Below, piece after piece: positions 12,201 to 27,200 of a DNA stretch of 64,000 nt. Origin of the DNA: Chiloscyllium plagiosum (taxonomy: Eukaryota); the NCBI RefSeq assembly GCF_004010195.1, contig NC_057759.1:5207047-5271046 (forward strand), given 5' to 3'. Under the pieces are notes generated by a model. It had not been told where the DNA came from. It searched no databases and worked only from the letters and a program-made list of their open reading frames with translations. Position numbers and translations under genes: made by a program. Numbering within the stretch: position 1 is the stretch's first letter; each line of letters begins with the position of its first letter.

Positions 12201-15200
12201 GAGACTGCTTTAACCCAGGTGGCAATCTCAGACTAGGTGGTGATTGGGCCTAATGTGTGTTCCTGGGGAAGAGGAAGCATAGCTCTCCCCACCCCCACCC
12301 CCCATCCCTACTTTGCACCACCCGCACCACCCTGTTCAGTAGCACCCCCAGTTTCCTCCACACAAAGGTGGGACACTGATTTCCCCATTTCTGACATGTC
12401 TGGGGCAAATATCAGGAATGATGCAGAGCAGTTCCAGACTGACAGAGCTTGTCCCTGCGCACAACAGTCTTTTAAAGATTGCACTGGCACCACGAAAGCC
12501 AGTAATTTATGAGATATCCCTGCAGTGTGAGTTGATCCAAGGTGGGAATAGAATCAGACAAGAGGAATGGGAGTAAGATAGATAGTTAATGATGTGAGTT
12601 TATTAATACACAGCATGAAATCTCACCTGGGCTCCTGGACAAAATCTCTTTCAAACAACTCAACACGACCGGACACTTGGACAAAAAAAAGATTCAGCCC
12701 CCAATGTGTTAATGTGTTACTCTGGTAATGTATTACTGTGCTAATCTGTTACTCTGTTAATGTGTTACTGTAGTAATGTGTTACTCTGTTAATGCGTTAA
12801 TGTATTACTGTGTTAATGTGTTACTGTGGCAATGTTTTACTGTGTTACTATGTTAATGTGGTAATGTGTTACTGTGTTAATGTGTTATTGTAGTTAATGT
12901 GTTACTGTGGTAATGTGTTACTGTGTTAATGTATTACTGTGGTAATGTGTTAATGTGTCACTGCGTTAATGTATCACTGTGTCATAATGTCACTGTCACC
13001 GTATGGAATTAAATGTGAACAATTAATTTATATTTAACATTATAGGAACATTTTACTGAATAGTTATGTCTCTCCAGGCCTCCTCTATGAGATATAACTA
13101 TAAGTTCTTAGAATAAAAGATAGAATTCATTAAAATTGGTCCGACCCCAAAGGGAATTGGAATAACTAACCTCAGGCATACTCAAATATTGTCACCAATA
13201 TGGATAAAATATGGATTATCAATTTCCAAATTACATTATCAGATGAGTAATACCTGGCAACTTCTCAAACTGGAATAGTTTTAGAAATGAAAAGTACTAA
13301 CTGAAAATAGTCACAGTAATCAGCTGTCCACAGGTCCCGCTACATGAGAAAATTTGTGAAATAAACAAATGACCAGTCTCTCCTGAAATTGACATGTTAT
13401 CATTAGACACAGAACCTGCATTTCCTGCCTGACTTTACATGATGTTCTCATGCGGAAGATGAAAAAAAAAATCCCCTGCCATTTTCCAGTTTGGAGACAG
13501 TGAACTGATATGTGGGAAGAAACAACAAGGCTCATATTTCAAATAAACTAAAACAAAGAACTGCAGATCCTAGAAATCTGAAACAAATCTATAACAGTTC
13601 TGATGAAGGACCACTGAACCCAAAATATTGACTCTGCTTTCTCTCCACAGATGCTGCCAGACCTGCAAAGTTTCTCTAGCAATTCCTGTTGTTGAATATC
13701 AAGTAATTGTTTGTAGCAGAGCTAGACAGATGGATTTGTAACTAGAGAAAGCTCTGCCTGCTTTCTCAAGAAGGGCACTACTCCCAAAGGTAATGCTATT
13801 GGAGAAAAACAGCCAACATTGAGATCTGCAAAACACATGGCTATTGTTCATCCAAAGCATCCAAACCTACTGTGGTCTAGGTTAAACTGAACAACTCAAG
13901 AACATTAAAATGCGATAGTTCTAACAGCACCTGTGGAGACAGAAACAAACTGTCAAGTTCAATAAGACTCTTCTTTAGACAGTTCCAATACACTGGATTG
14001 GAAATGTTAGTACTGTTCTTTCTCTCTTCACAAATGATGCCAGATATGCTAAATGTCTCCAGCACTTTTGTTTTTATTGGAGATCTCCAGCACATGAACA
14101 TACAAACAAGGGGCAGGAGTCAGCTATTGGAATCTGCTGTGCCAGTCAATAAGGCCATGATAATTCTGATTTATTCCACATTCCCTCCTTACTTACCAAG
14201 AGTCAATCAACATGCACCTTCACTTTCACTGCCTTCAGTGAGAAAATATCTCTCTTCACCTCCACCTTAAAGGGTTTATACATTGTCATACATTTTCTCA
14301 TAAGAGGAAACATCCTTGCCACAGGTTAATGGTCCCCAAACAAGGGTGCCCATGTCATTGCAATTCTGTTCTGGTTATGGGTTGTGTCCCAAACTGTGGA
14401 CATAATATGAGGTGAAAGAAAGTTAGTTCTAGGCAAAAGGTAAAAATGGGCATTAAAAACTAATTGCAGCACCTGGCCTGTATGTGTTGAATGTGGGTAT
14501 GCTAGTGTTGGGGGACGTGTTTCATTATGATAAACAAATAGACATATGCACAAGGAGCAGGTTATGTTGGTGAGGAGGTACTGTCTCCTGTTCTTTACTC
14601 AACCCTTCCCTCCATTGTTTACAGCACGGTTAATTTAGAAAGCATCCCTTGCTTCGTGGATATTTTTATCCAAACCAAATGTATTTATATCTTGAAAGGG
14701 GTTAATCAAACCAAGTTTTTTTAAGTTCAAGAAGCAATGAGTTTATTTGCTACTTAAATGTGTTATGACTATAGGGTATGACTATAGAGATAATGGTCCC
14801 TCATTATCTCTGTAGTCACAGGATATTGCAGTTCAGGTTTTGCATACCATCTTTTATTTTGAAATATTGCTGTCTGAGGTACTGTTGATACTCTTCAGGT
14901 GCAACATCCAATAGTTCCTCTCAGGAATCTGTGTAATTACTGAATTTTTAGATACGATTGCTATTAAAAATAAACATATGTTGCACCTAAGAGATCAATA
15001 TATCTGTAACTGTTTTTAGGTTGTGGTCCATTGTCATGACAACATCCATCCTGTTAAGAGTCCTCTGGAATGTGTTTCAATAAAGTTGCTTCTTAGTCTA
15101 CAAAACATCAGTGAACACAAGCATTGCCTATGTAGCCTTTTCTCATAAGACAATCTTCCTATTTCAGGTATGAGTCAAATAAACCTTCTGTGAACTGCCT

Positions 15201-18200
15201 CCAATGTATTTACGTTCTTCAGGGAATGCAATGGCCTAGTGGTATTATCACTGGACTGTAAATCCTGAGACCCGGGTAATGTTTTGGTAATGTTTGAATC
15301 CTGCCATGGCAAATGGTGGAATTTGAATTCAATAAAAGGAAAAAAAACCAGCATTAATAATCTAATGATGATCATTAATCCACTGTTGATTGTTGGAAAA
15401 TCCGAGCTGGTCTTACCTGGTCTGGCATCCTTGTGACACCAGACCCACAGCATTGTGCTTGACTCTTAACTGCCCTCTGGGCAATTAGGGATGGGTAATA
15501 AATGCTGCCTAGCCAGCAATACTCTCATCCAGTGAATGGAAAAAATAGATAAGAAGACCAGTACAGTACAAAGAATTCCATATGTGATCTCATCGATATC
15601 CTGTATAACTGAATCATAACCTTTCGTCTAAACTTATTCCCCTTGCAATGAATGGTAATTTTTTTTAGCTTTCTGAATTGCTTGCTTTACCTTTTGTGAT
15701 TCATGCACGGTGGCAGTGGGTGGCACGGTGGCACAGTGGTTAGCACTGCTGCCTCACAGCGCCAGAGACCTGGGTTCAATTCCCGCCTCAGGCGACTGAC
15801 TGTGTGGAGTTTGCACATTCTCCCCGTGTCTGTGTNNNNNNNNNNNNNNNNNNNNNNNNNNNNNNNNNNNNNNNNNNNNNNNNNNNNNNNNNNNNNNNNN
15901 NNNNNNNNNNNNNNNNNNNNNNNNNNNNNNNNNNNNNNNNNNNNNNNNNNNNNNNNNNNNNNNNNNNNNNNNNNNNNNNNNNNNNNNNNNNNNNNNNNNN
16001 NNNNNNNNNNNNNNNNNNNNNNNNNNNNNNNNNNNNNNNNNNNNNNNNNNNNNNNNNNNNNNNNNNNNNNNNNNNNNNNNNNNNNNNNNNNNNNNNNNNN
16101 NNNNNNNNNNNNNNNNNNNNNNNNNNNNNNNNNNNNNNNNNNNNNNNNNNNNNNNNNNNNNNNNNNNNNNNNNNNNNNNNNNNNNNNNNNNNNNNNNNNN
16201 NNNNNNNNNNNNNNNNNNNNNNNNNNNNNNNNNNNNNNNNNNNNNNNNNNNNNNNNNNNNNNNNNNNNNNNNNNNNNNNNNNNNNNNNNNNNNNNNNNNN
16301 NNNNNNNNNNNNNNNNNNNNNNNNNNNNNNNNNNNGGTGGAGATGAGGCTGAGATATGATCAGCCACAGTTGTACAGAATGGGGGAAGCAGGTTTTGGAG
16401 GGACTGAATGGCCACGTTCTGCTTCTAACCCTTATATTCTAAAGTGAAACATACCTTGCACATCCACATATTTGTAAGCTGACGTGTATACAGGACCGTT
16501 GGGATACTTAACAAACTGCATTTGGCATCGATACCGTCCTGCATCCTCACACATAACCCGTTCCTTTTCAAAAGAAACACTTTTATTTCTTGTCCGGATC
16601 TCAGCCACAACAGAGCCTTCCCGATAAAATGTGTAAATGAATTCCTCTTGCATACGGAACGTGAATTGACAACTCAACTTCAGTGTCTGTGCATACCACA
16701 GAGCTTCTGGCTCAGATTCAATACTCATAAGCGAATCAGGAGCTGTCAAGAAAGAAATGACTTGAATTAATAACGGGGCGTAAGAACCAAGCAGACCAAT
16801 CAGCTGCTTGCTGCCAGCAAAGTCTCTACTCATACAAGTCCCCGACTCCAAGTCGCTGTGTAACCAACCCTTCCACTTATGATCATAAAACAAATTTCCA
16901 AAAGGGGCACCGTGTTTTGCTTTTGCAGTGTCTTTTCCCCATTTCAGCCCACTATCCAAAATACAGGAAAAAATAATCAGTAATTCTCAGGAGCAGTGCA
17001 TCCCATTGACAGGAAATATAGAGGAGCTGGATATTGTTTAAATGGAGAAAGGCTGCAGAAAGCTATGGATCAGAGGGATTTGAGGAGTCCTTGTTTGTGA
17101 ATCACAAAAAAAGCTAGCATGCAAATACAGTGGGTTACTGGGAACACAAATTGTTTTTATTTCAAAGGAAATGGGCTATAAAAGGTGGGAAGTTTTACTA
17201 AAGCTATACAGCCAACACATTAGTCAGACTGTAGCTAGGATCCAGTGAACAGTTTGGGCCCCATATCTAAGGAAGGTTAGACCAACATTGGAGGCAGTCC
17301 ACAGAAGGTTCACTCAGCTGAGCTGGGTAGGAAGGGACTGACTAATGAGGGAGAAATTGAGTACGTTGGGCCTGTTCTCATTGGAGTTTACAAGAAAGAG
17401 AGGCGACCTTATGGAATATTCTTCAAGNNNNNNNNNNNNNNNNNNNNNNNNNNNNNNNNNNNNNNNNNNNNNNNNNNNNNNNNNNNNNNNNNNNNNNNNN
17501 NNNNNNNNNNNNNNNNNNNNNNNNNNNNNNNNNNNNNNNNNNNNNNNNNNNNNNNNNNNNNNNNNNNNNNNNNNNNNNNNNNNNNNNNNNNNNNNNNNNN
17601 NNNNNNNNNNNNNNNNNNNNNNNNNNNNNNNNNNNNNNNNNNNNNNNNNNNNNNNNNNNNNNNNNNNNNNNNNNNNNNNNNNNNNNNNNNNNNNNNNNNN
17701 NNNNNNNNNNNNNNNNNNNNNNNNNNNNNNNNNNNNNNNNNNNNNNNNNNNNNNNNNNNNNNNNNNNNNNNNNNNNNNNNNNNNNNNNNNNNNNNNNNNN
17801 NNNNNNNNNNNNNNNNNNNNNNNNNNNNNNNNNNNNNNNNNNNNNNNNNNNNNNNNNNNNNNNNNNNNNNNNNNNNNNNNNNNNNNNNNNNNNAGATGCA
17901 ATGGGCTGAATGGCCTAATTCTGATCCCACATCTCAAGAATTTGAGAATGCAAGTGTCACAAGTCACTGCTCTGCTTATATAGCAGTTAGTGCCTGCTAC
18001 GTACGGAACAGATACTGCTGAGATCAACTATTCTTTCTGTGCTGTTAATGTTTGGAAAGGAGAACCATTTCTTAATGTCCTGCATTGACTGTGGAAGAGA
18101 AACTGTCAAGTGGGTGGGGGATTACAAAAGGATGAAAAGAATGCATCAGATTTAGCGTCATAGAGTCATCAACGCATAGGTTCATACAACACAGAAATGG

Positions 18201-21200
18201 ACGTTTTGGTCCAACAAGTCCAAGATGATCATAATCCCAAACTAAACTAGCCCCATCTGCCTGAGCTTGGCTCAGATCCCTGCAAACATTTTTTTTTTAA
18301 TTCATGCACTTAGCCAAATGTTTTTCAAACTTTACAACTGTACCCACATCCATCACTTCCTCTGAAAATTCATTCCACACATGAACCACGCTGTGTAAAA
18401 TCAATTGTCTTTCGTGTCCTTCTTAAATCTTTCTACTCTTATCTTAAAAATATGCCCACTTGTCTTGGGATCCCCCACCCTCGGGAAAAAAGATACCTGC
18501 CATCCTCTCATGATTTTAAAAACCTCTAAGATCACCCTTCTACCTCGTGCACTCCAGCCAATCCAACATCTTTTTATAACTCAAACCCTCCATTCCCAGC
18601 AATATTCTGGTAAATCCTTTCTGAACCCCCTTCTGCGTAATAACAACTTTCCTTTAACAGGGCAGCCAGAACTGGACACAGGACTCCGGAAGAGGCCTCA
18701 CCAACATACTGTACAACCTCAACATGACATCCAATCCCTATATTCAATGGTCTGAGCAATGAAGACAAACATGCTAAATGCCCTCTTAACCATCCTGTCT
18801 TCCTGTGATGCAAATTTGAAAGAATTGTGCTCCTGAATCCCAAGTCTCTCTATTCAATACACTACCCAAGGCCCTTTTAATTGTAGAAGCTCTGCCTTTG
18901 TTTGTTTTACCAAAAAGTAACACATCACATTTATCCAAATTAAACTCCTTCTCCCACTCCTCAGCCCACTGACCCAATCACTTTTTCAGGCCAGAGGTAG
19001 GCTTGTAGTTGAAGTAGTGGCTCCTCTTTTCCCGAAATGCATAATTGATGATCTGGATCTTGTTGTGCAGGGGCAGCATTTCCAACTTTACAGATTGCAT
19101 AAAATCCCAGGAGAATCGTAAACTGTAAGGAGAAATAGTGCGGAAATCCAATAGGACATTGACAAGTAGGTGGCATGGGCAGAGCGGTGGCAGATGCAAT
19201 TCAATGTAAAGAGAAGTGTGAGGTGCAGCACTTTGGTGGGAAGAACATTGAACGACAATACAAAGTAGGGGGATACAATTCTACAGAGGGGTGTAGGAGC
19301 AGAGGGAGCTGGGGCACATGTCCACAAATCAGTGAAGGTGGAACGACAAGGGGAGAGCAGTTAATAAAATACATAATGCCTTTGGCTTTATTAGTAGAGT
19401 TGTAGAGTCTGCCAGCAGGGCGGTGATTTTGAATATGTACAAGACACCAGTTAGACCTCAGCTGGAGTACTGTGTACACTTGTTGGCACCATGTTATAAC
19501 AACGTAATGGGGAATGGGGCAGGGTTTGGGGGAAGCACAGAAGCGGTTTACGGATGTGCTTTTCCAGCACCACTCTAATCTAGACTCTGGTTTCCAGCAT
19601 CTGCAGTCATTGTTTTTACCTAAGATTCCATGGATGAGAAACTTCAGCGCTCGAGCTTTAATGGAGTATCATGCTTTTCAGTCTATAACAGACTGCATTA
19701 AACAGTGAGCTTTGTTTTGACTTATAATTGGGAAATAACCAGGAATTTAGTTCATAAAGGGAGCTGGTTTTCTCTTAGCAAGAGATTGTTTCAGTTCAGA
19801 TCATTTCCCCTCTGGGAGTGCACCAGCAGGATGTTTTCTTCTTGTTTTTCTTTTAATTTGTGAAGTCTCCAAGCTAGGACAGTTTGATATAGAAATGTAA
19901 AATTCTCAGAGGTGTAAGATATATAATAAAACACTCACGCCCTCGAAATAGCGAGACTGTCACTCAAACAGACTCGTGGATGAAACATGACATTGAAAAG
20001 ACAGAAATGGAAAGAAGGAGCCAGTTAAATCGAAGACTTCAAGAGTTGGGTGACGATGATAGAAATATCGAAAATAGGAGAAGGAGTAGGCCATTTGGCC
20101 CTTCGAGAGAGCTCCGTCATTCAATGGGATAGTCTCAGTCCCATTCCCCATTTTAACGGCTTTAATAACGAACTCTATGTGAACTTAAGGGGCGGAGTCA
20201 TATGTACCGGACGTATCACAGATTAGCAATCGAGTGGACCAGGGTGACAATCCACAGGGTGAGTTTGAATCCCCCTGCTTTCCTATGAGAGCCGTTGGGT
20301 AACAGTGATCCAGGCTCTGTGAGATCTGCACATGAGATGGTATCTGTCGAAACCACGCCACCCACCCACTTCCCATCATCACAAGAGTCCTTCTGGTAGA
20401 CTGCTGCCTGTTCTTAGCACTTCCCTTTCCCTTTCCAGATCCAATTGCCTCCAACTTTCAAGTGGACAAGCTGCCCAGTCCAAGGGCATGTGGCTCACAA
20501 TGTGGCAGCAATGCCTGAGAAAGTTTGGGGGGTGGGGGGTGGGGGTGTGGAAGGCACCATCAATCGATTTAGTGAAGACCCATAAACCTTTGCGCATCAT
20601 AGCTGCACTGATGCTAACCCATGAGAAGACCAATATCCTTACTATTCCTACCCCTGTCTATCTTTGGGAATTATTAGAAACACACCCCAACTCACAGGAT
20701 ACTCTCACGAGAATGCTGTTACTGTAGGGTGTTTTATGTGCCGATGTGGAATATTGGCATCTGTACTCCCCAACATCCTCCTTTGTAACAGACTCAATGA
20801 TGTAAGTCTTCTCCCTGAACTCTTTGGTAGTTTCGTTTATGATCCAGTTATAGGTCGTCGAACGAAGCTCCCGACCGCCATCGCAGCTAAGAGTGATCCG
20901 GTCGCCCGTTAAGAATCTGTCCCACATTGGCTCCATCGTAAGTACAGGTGCTCCAGTCTCCATTGAGGAACCTAATCCATAGAAAAACATAGGAGAAAGT
21001 GAGGACTGCAGATGCTGGAGATCAGAGCTGAAAATGTGTTGCTGGAAAAGCGCAGCAGGTCTGGCAGCATCCAAGGAACAGGAGAATCGACGTTTCGGGC
21101 ATAAGCCCTTCTTCAGGAAACGTTGATTCTCCTGTTCCTTGGATGCTGCCTGACCTGCTGCGCTTTTTAAGCAACACATTTTCAGCATAGAAAAACATAC

Positions 21201-24200
21201 ACAGCCACAATGGGAAGCACTGAAATTTGCTTGCTGCAGTAGCTTGCCACTCAGACAACTCATGTTGGCTTAGGCTGATGAGTGGTAAGTAACATTCCCA
21301 ACTCACAAATTCCAGACAACGACTATCTCCAATAAGAGAGATTCGAACCATCACCCCTTGACATTCATTGGTGTTACCATCTCTGAATTGCCTCAATATC
21401 AATATATAGGGGTTACCAGTGAGAGAGAATCTCACCAGCCCCTTCACTTTCGAAGATATTACCATGACTGAATCCGTCACACTATCAGTATTGGGGGTGG
21501 GGGTGGGGGTGGGGGAGGTTTACCATTGAGAGAGAATTGAACCATCTCCCTTTGGTGTTCTATTGTGTTATTATCACCAAAGTCCCCACTATCAATATGC
21601 TGGGGTTACTATTGAGGGATAATTTAACCATCATCCCCTTAAATTTCCCTATTATCAACATTCTGGAGGCTATGTTGAGAGATCATAACCATTGCCACCC
21701 ATCCTCCCCGCTCCACAACAACATTTGGGTTGCTATCCTTAAAAGCAAATCTAATCATCGGCCCCTCATTGGTGTTAGCATCACTGAATCACTCATTATC
21801 AGCATCATGGGATGACCATCAAGAGAGAATTTAGCCAATGGGCTCTGACTTTCAATATTAATATCATCACTGAATCCCCCCACGATTAATATCCTGGGTA
21901 TGTCATTGACCAGAAACTGGATTGGACTCACCATGTAAACACAATAGCTACAAGAGCAGGTCAGAGGCTGGGAAGCCTGCAGTGAGTAACTCACCTTTGG
22001 ACTCCCCAAAGCCTGTCCACTATCAACAAGGTGCAGTGACAGGTAGCATAGTTTTGTGCGGGGAAAATCATATCTCAATATCGTGATTGAATTTTTGGAG
22101 AAGAGAGAAAAAAAAATTGATAAAGATAGAGTGGTGGATGTTGTCTATCTGGACTTCAGCAAGGTGTTTGACAAGGTTCTGCATAATAGACTGTTGAGTA
22201 AGGTTAGATCACATGGAATATAGGGAGAGCTAGCCATTGGACACTCAATTGGCAGGAAGGTAGGAGTCAGAAGGTGATGGGTTGCTTTTCAGAGAGAAGG
22301 CTTGGGATCAGTAGGGCCACAAGGATCGGTGCTGCATCCACTGCTTTTCCTTATTTAAATAATTTGGATGAGAATATAGGAGGTATAGTTTATAAAATAG
22401 CAGACAACACAGTTGATGGCAAGGTGGACAGTGAAGGAAGTTGTCTCAGAGTACAACGGGACCTTGATCAGATAGGCTGAAGAGTGGCAGATGGAGTTAA
22501 ATTTAGATAAATGTGAGGTGTTGCTTTTTCATAACGCAAATTAGGGCAGGACTTACACACATGATGGCAGGGTTCTGGGATTGTTATCAGACAAAGAGAA
22601 TGCAAGTTTGTAGTTCATTGAAGATAGCATTGCAGGTGAGGGACAAGGTGAAGAAGGTATTTGGTACGCTTGCCTTTAATGGTAAATGCATCGAATATAG
22701 GAGTTGGGAGGTCATATCATGGCTATACAGGACATGTGTACAGCCACATTGAGAATACCAATAGCCGCAAGATGTTGTGAAGTTTGAGAAAAGATTAACA
22801 AGGATGTTGCCAGGGTTGGAGGGTGTGAGCTGTGCGGAGAGATTGAATGAGCTGGGACTATTTTCCCTGGAATTTTGGAGGCTGAAGGGTGACATGACAG
22901 ATGTTCATAAAATCATGAGGAACATAGAGTGTGTGAATAGTCAAGGTATTATCCCCAGGTTTGGGGTGTACAAGAGGGCATAGGTTTAAAGTGAGAGGGA
23001 AAAGATTTAAAAGGGACCTAAGGGGGGACCTTTTTCATGCAGAGTGTGGTGGGTATGTATGGAATAAGCTGCCAGAGGAAGTGGTGAAGATAGGTACAAT
23101 TGCAAGATTTACAAGGCATCTGGATGGGTTTATGAATAGCACGGGTTTAGAAGGATATTGGCATAGTTGTGGCAAATGGGATAGATTAATTTAGGATATC
23201 TGGAGGGTAGCAAATGTTGTCCTCTTGTTCAAGAAGGGGAGTAGAGACAAGCCTAGCAATTATAGACCAGTGAGCCTTTCATCGGTTTTGTGTAAAGTTT
23301 TGGAAAAGATTATAAGAGATATGAGTTATATTCATCTGGAGAGCAATACATTGATAAGGGATAGTCAACATGGTTTTGTGAAGAGTAGGTCGTGCCTCCC
23401 AAATCTTATTGAGTTCTTTGAGAAGATGACCAAAGAGATGGAGGAGGATAAAGTGGTTGATTGTGGTGTATATGCATTTCAGTAAGGCATTTGACAAGCT
23501 TCTCCACGGTGGACTATTGCACAAAACACAGAGGCATGGGATTAAAGATAATTTAGCAGATTGGATCAGAAACTGGTTACCTGAAAGAAGATGGGGGTGG
23601 TGTTTGATGGGAAATGTTCATCCTGGAGTTAAGTTACTAGTGGTGTACTGCAAGGATTGGCTTTGGGACGACTGCTGTTTGTCATTTTTATAAATGACCT
23701 GGATCAGGGCATAGAAGGATGAGTTAGTAAATTTGTGGATGACATTAAGGTCAGTGGAGTTGTGGATAGTACTGAATGATGTTGGAGTTACAGAGGGGTA
23801 TAGATAAGGTGCAGAGCTGGGCTTAAAGATGGCAAATACAGTTTAATGCAGAAAAGTGTGAGGTGATTCACTTTGGAAGGAGCAACAGAAATAAAGAGTA
23901 CTGGGCTAATGGTAAGATTTTTGATAGTGTGAATAAGCAGAGCGATCTTGGTTTCCATGTGCATTGATCCCCAAAAGTTGTCACCGAGGTTGATAGGGTA
24001 ATTAAGAAGGCATTCGGTGTGTTAGTAGAGGGATCGAGTTTTGGAGCCATGAAGTCATGCTGCAGTTGTACAAACTTCTGGAGCGGCCGCACTTGGAGTA
24101 TTGTGTTCAGTTCTGGTAACCGCATTATAGGAAGGATGTGGAAGTTTTGGAAGGGGTTACGAAGAGATTTATTGGATGTCACCTGATATGGAGGTCAGGT

Positions 24201-27200
24201 CTTCACTTCTGGAGCGGCCGCACTTGGAGTATTGTGTTCAGTTCTGGTAACCGCATTATAGGAAGGATGTGGAAGTTTTGGAAGGGATTTATTGGATGTC
24301 ACCTGTTATGGAGGTCAGGTCTTCTGGGGAAAGGCTGAGGGACTTGAGACTGTTTTCATTGGAGAGAAGTAGGTTGAAAAATAACTTAATTGAGGCATAT
24401 AAGATAATCAGAGGGTTAGACAGGGTGGACAGTGAGAGCCTTTTTCCTTGGATGGTGATGGCTAGCACGAGGGGGCATAGCTTCAAATTGAGTGATGAAA
24501 GATATAGGGACAGATGTCAGAGGTAATTTGTTTATTTAGAGTAGTATGGGGCATGGAATGCACTGCCTGCAACAGTAGCAGAGTCACCAACTTTAAGGGT
24601 ATTTAAATGGTCATTGCATAAACATATGGATGAAAATGGAATAGTGTAGGATATGTGGGCTTAAGAGTCGTTCCACAGGTCGGTGCAACCTCGAGGGTCG
24701 AAGGGCCCCTGCTACACTGTGATGTTCTATGTTCTATGGTCAGTGTGGACGAGTTGAACCGAAGGGTCTGTTTCTGTGCTGTACAGTTCAATGACTCTAA
24801 ATCAGGAATATGATGGACACAAAATGTTAACTGTGTTTTTCTCTCTCCCTCTCAGCGCACAGATGCTGCCAGACCTGCTCAGCTTATCTAACACTGTGTT
24901 TGATTCAGACCTCTCAAACCTGCAAGACTTTGTTTTCCATGATGTAAACACTGATGCTAGTGCAGACACTGTGGGGTTCTTTAACATGAAAGGAAGGCAC
25001 AGTGGATCTTAACATACCTTCTCGTATTTGTAGAATCATCACTTGCTCTGAAATACACAATTAGACACAATCAATAAGTTTTAAGGAAAACGGAATTGAG
25101 GATGATCAGATCAGCCATGACCTAATCAAATGGCAGAGCATACTCGATGGGCCGAATGGCCTACTGTGATCCTATGCCTTGTCACGAGGGCCCTTGCTTT
25201 AATTTGCTCAGCGGTGATACATAATCAGACTCATTTGTTGAGGTCACATGTACGTTTTTGTGTTTGTGAGAAAAATTGTGTGTGCGTGAGAACCAGTGTG
25301 TGAGTGTGTGTGCGTGAGAGAATGAGACAGAGTGAGAGTGTATGCCTGTGTGAGGCAGTGTACATAAGGGAGTGCGGTCATGTGCCTGTAAGAGCGTGCA
25401 TGTGTGTGTTTGTGTGAGAGTGTGAGAGAGTGAGAGAGAGAGAGAAAGAGAGAGGGGTGTCTGTGTATAAGAGACAGGGGAGCCTGTGTATGTGTATGTG
25501 AGAGAGAGAGAGGAGTGTGTTTGTGGGAGAAGAAAGGAGTTGATTCCTGATGAAGGACTTTTGCCCGAAATGTTGATTTTTCTGCTCCTCAGATGCTGCC
25601 TGTCCAGCACCACTCTAATCTTGACTCGAATCTTAAGCATCTGCAGTACCCGCTTACGCCTGAGAGAGAGAGGGGTCTGTGTGTGAGAGGGAAAGTGTGC
25701 TTATATACTTAAGTGAGAGGTGGAGAGAGGGAAACAGATAGAGAGATGGAAGGGATAAACATCAAGGAATGCAGAGTGAGGGAGATGGAGAAAGGGAGAG
25801 AGACAGGGACAGAAGAGGGGTAAATAAAGAGAGAAGCAAGGACAATAACATGGAAGCACGGAGAGGGAGAGAGAGAAAGAAGGAGGAAGAGAAGTGTTCA
25901 GATAGAGATGGCGGTAGAGTGTTTACAGAGTAAGAGAGAAAAAGACCGTGACAAAGAATGTGAGAGATAGGGATAGACAGATATTAGAAAGGAAGACAAA
26001 AGAGAGAGAATGGGTAAAGAGAGTGAATGTGGGAGAAAAAATGGAAGGGGGGAGAGAAAGAGAGAGATGAGAAGATGAAGAGATGGAGAAGTGAGATGGG
26101 ACAGAAACAGATTCAGAGAGACACACAGGGAGAGAGATGTTCTCAGGACCTGCATTTAATTCCTAGTATGGCAGAGAGCAAATACTGAAATTATAAAAAT
26201 CTGCAACTAATGCTGGGCCCAACCAGCAATGCCTACATCCTGTGAATGCATTAAAAAGACACATCAATTACTAATGTGATTATGTTCAAAGTATCCATTC
26301 GGACCCTCAAGCTTGCTGCACTATTGAGTAGGATCATAGCTGATCCTGTATCTCAAAGCCATATCCATAGAATCCTTACAATGTGGAAATAGTACATTCA
26401 GCCCAATGAGCCCACACCAACCTTCCAAACAGCATCACACACAGACCCATCTCCCTAACCTAACCCTGCACTTGTCATGGCAAACCTACCTAGACTACAC
26501 ATCCCTGGACACTAAGGGTAATTCCCCTTGGCCAATTCAACTTAATCTGCACATCTTTGGATTTTGGAAGGGAACTGGAGCACTGGGAGGAAACCCACAC
26601 AGACATGGGCAGAATGTGCAAACTCCACACAGACAGTTGCCCAAAGGTGGAATCGAACCAGTGTCCCTGGTGCTATAAGGCAGCAGTACTAGCCATTGAG
26701 TCACCATGCTACCCCCACATTCCCCATTTTGTCTTCATTTCACTTGGTTCCTTTCAAATCTAAACAATTATCACTCGATTCAGATTCCTTTGTCTATCAC
26801 CATTTCGCTTTTTGTTTCTCCACATCTGTTTCACTTTTAGCCACGTTGTACTGCATCTGCTATGTCTTTGCCCACTCACTCAAATTGTCTAAATCACTTC
26901 CTTTGCATCCTCCTCACAATCCTGGCCAGTTTTGTGTCATGAGCAAACTTGGAACTGTTGCATTTGGCTCCCTCATCCAGGTCATTAATATATATTGAGA
27001 GTGGCTGGGGCCCATGTATTAGTTCCTGCAGTATCCCACTAGTCATGATTTGCCTCTTGGGTAAAAAACACATTTATTCCCACTCTCTCTCTTGTCCATC
27101 AACTAATTCTCAATTCACATCAATATACTACCATCAAACTCTTGTCCTTTCACTTTGCATATAAACCTTGTCTCAAATGTCTTCTGAAAAAGCCAAATAA

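Noticed and set aside
11100..12650. 193-aa and neighbouring ORFs; faint resemblance to a PIF/Harbinger-type relic
   Set aside because: No convincing domain motif, termini or splice structure could be established by eye
15687..18027. ORFs spanning N runs; possibility of hidden exons in the gaps
   Set aside because: The ORFs are gap artefacts. The gaps are flanked by SINE/LINE sequence and the gene model is in frame without them, although an extra phase 1-1 exon in the 500-N gap cannot be fully excluded.
20972..21263. N-terminal extension of the 201-aa ORF containing Ig1
   Set aside because: This is intronic, Penelope-derived sequence upstream of the splice acceptor at 20971
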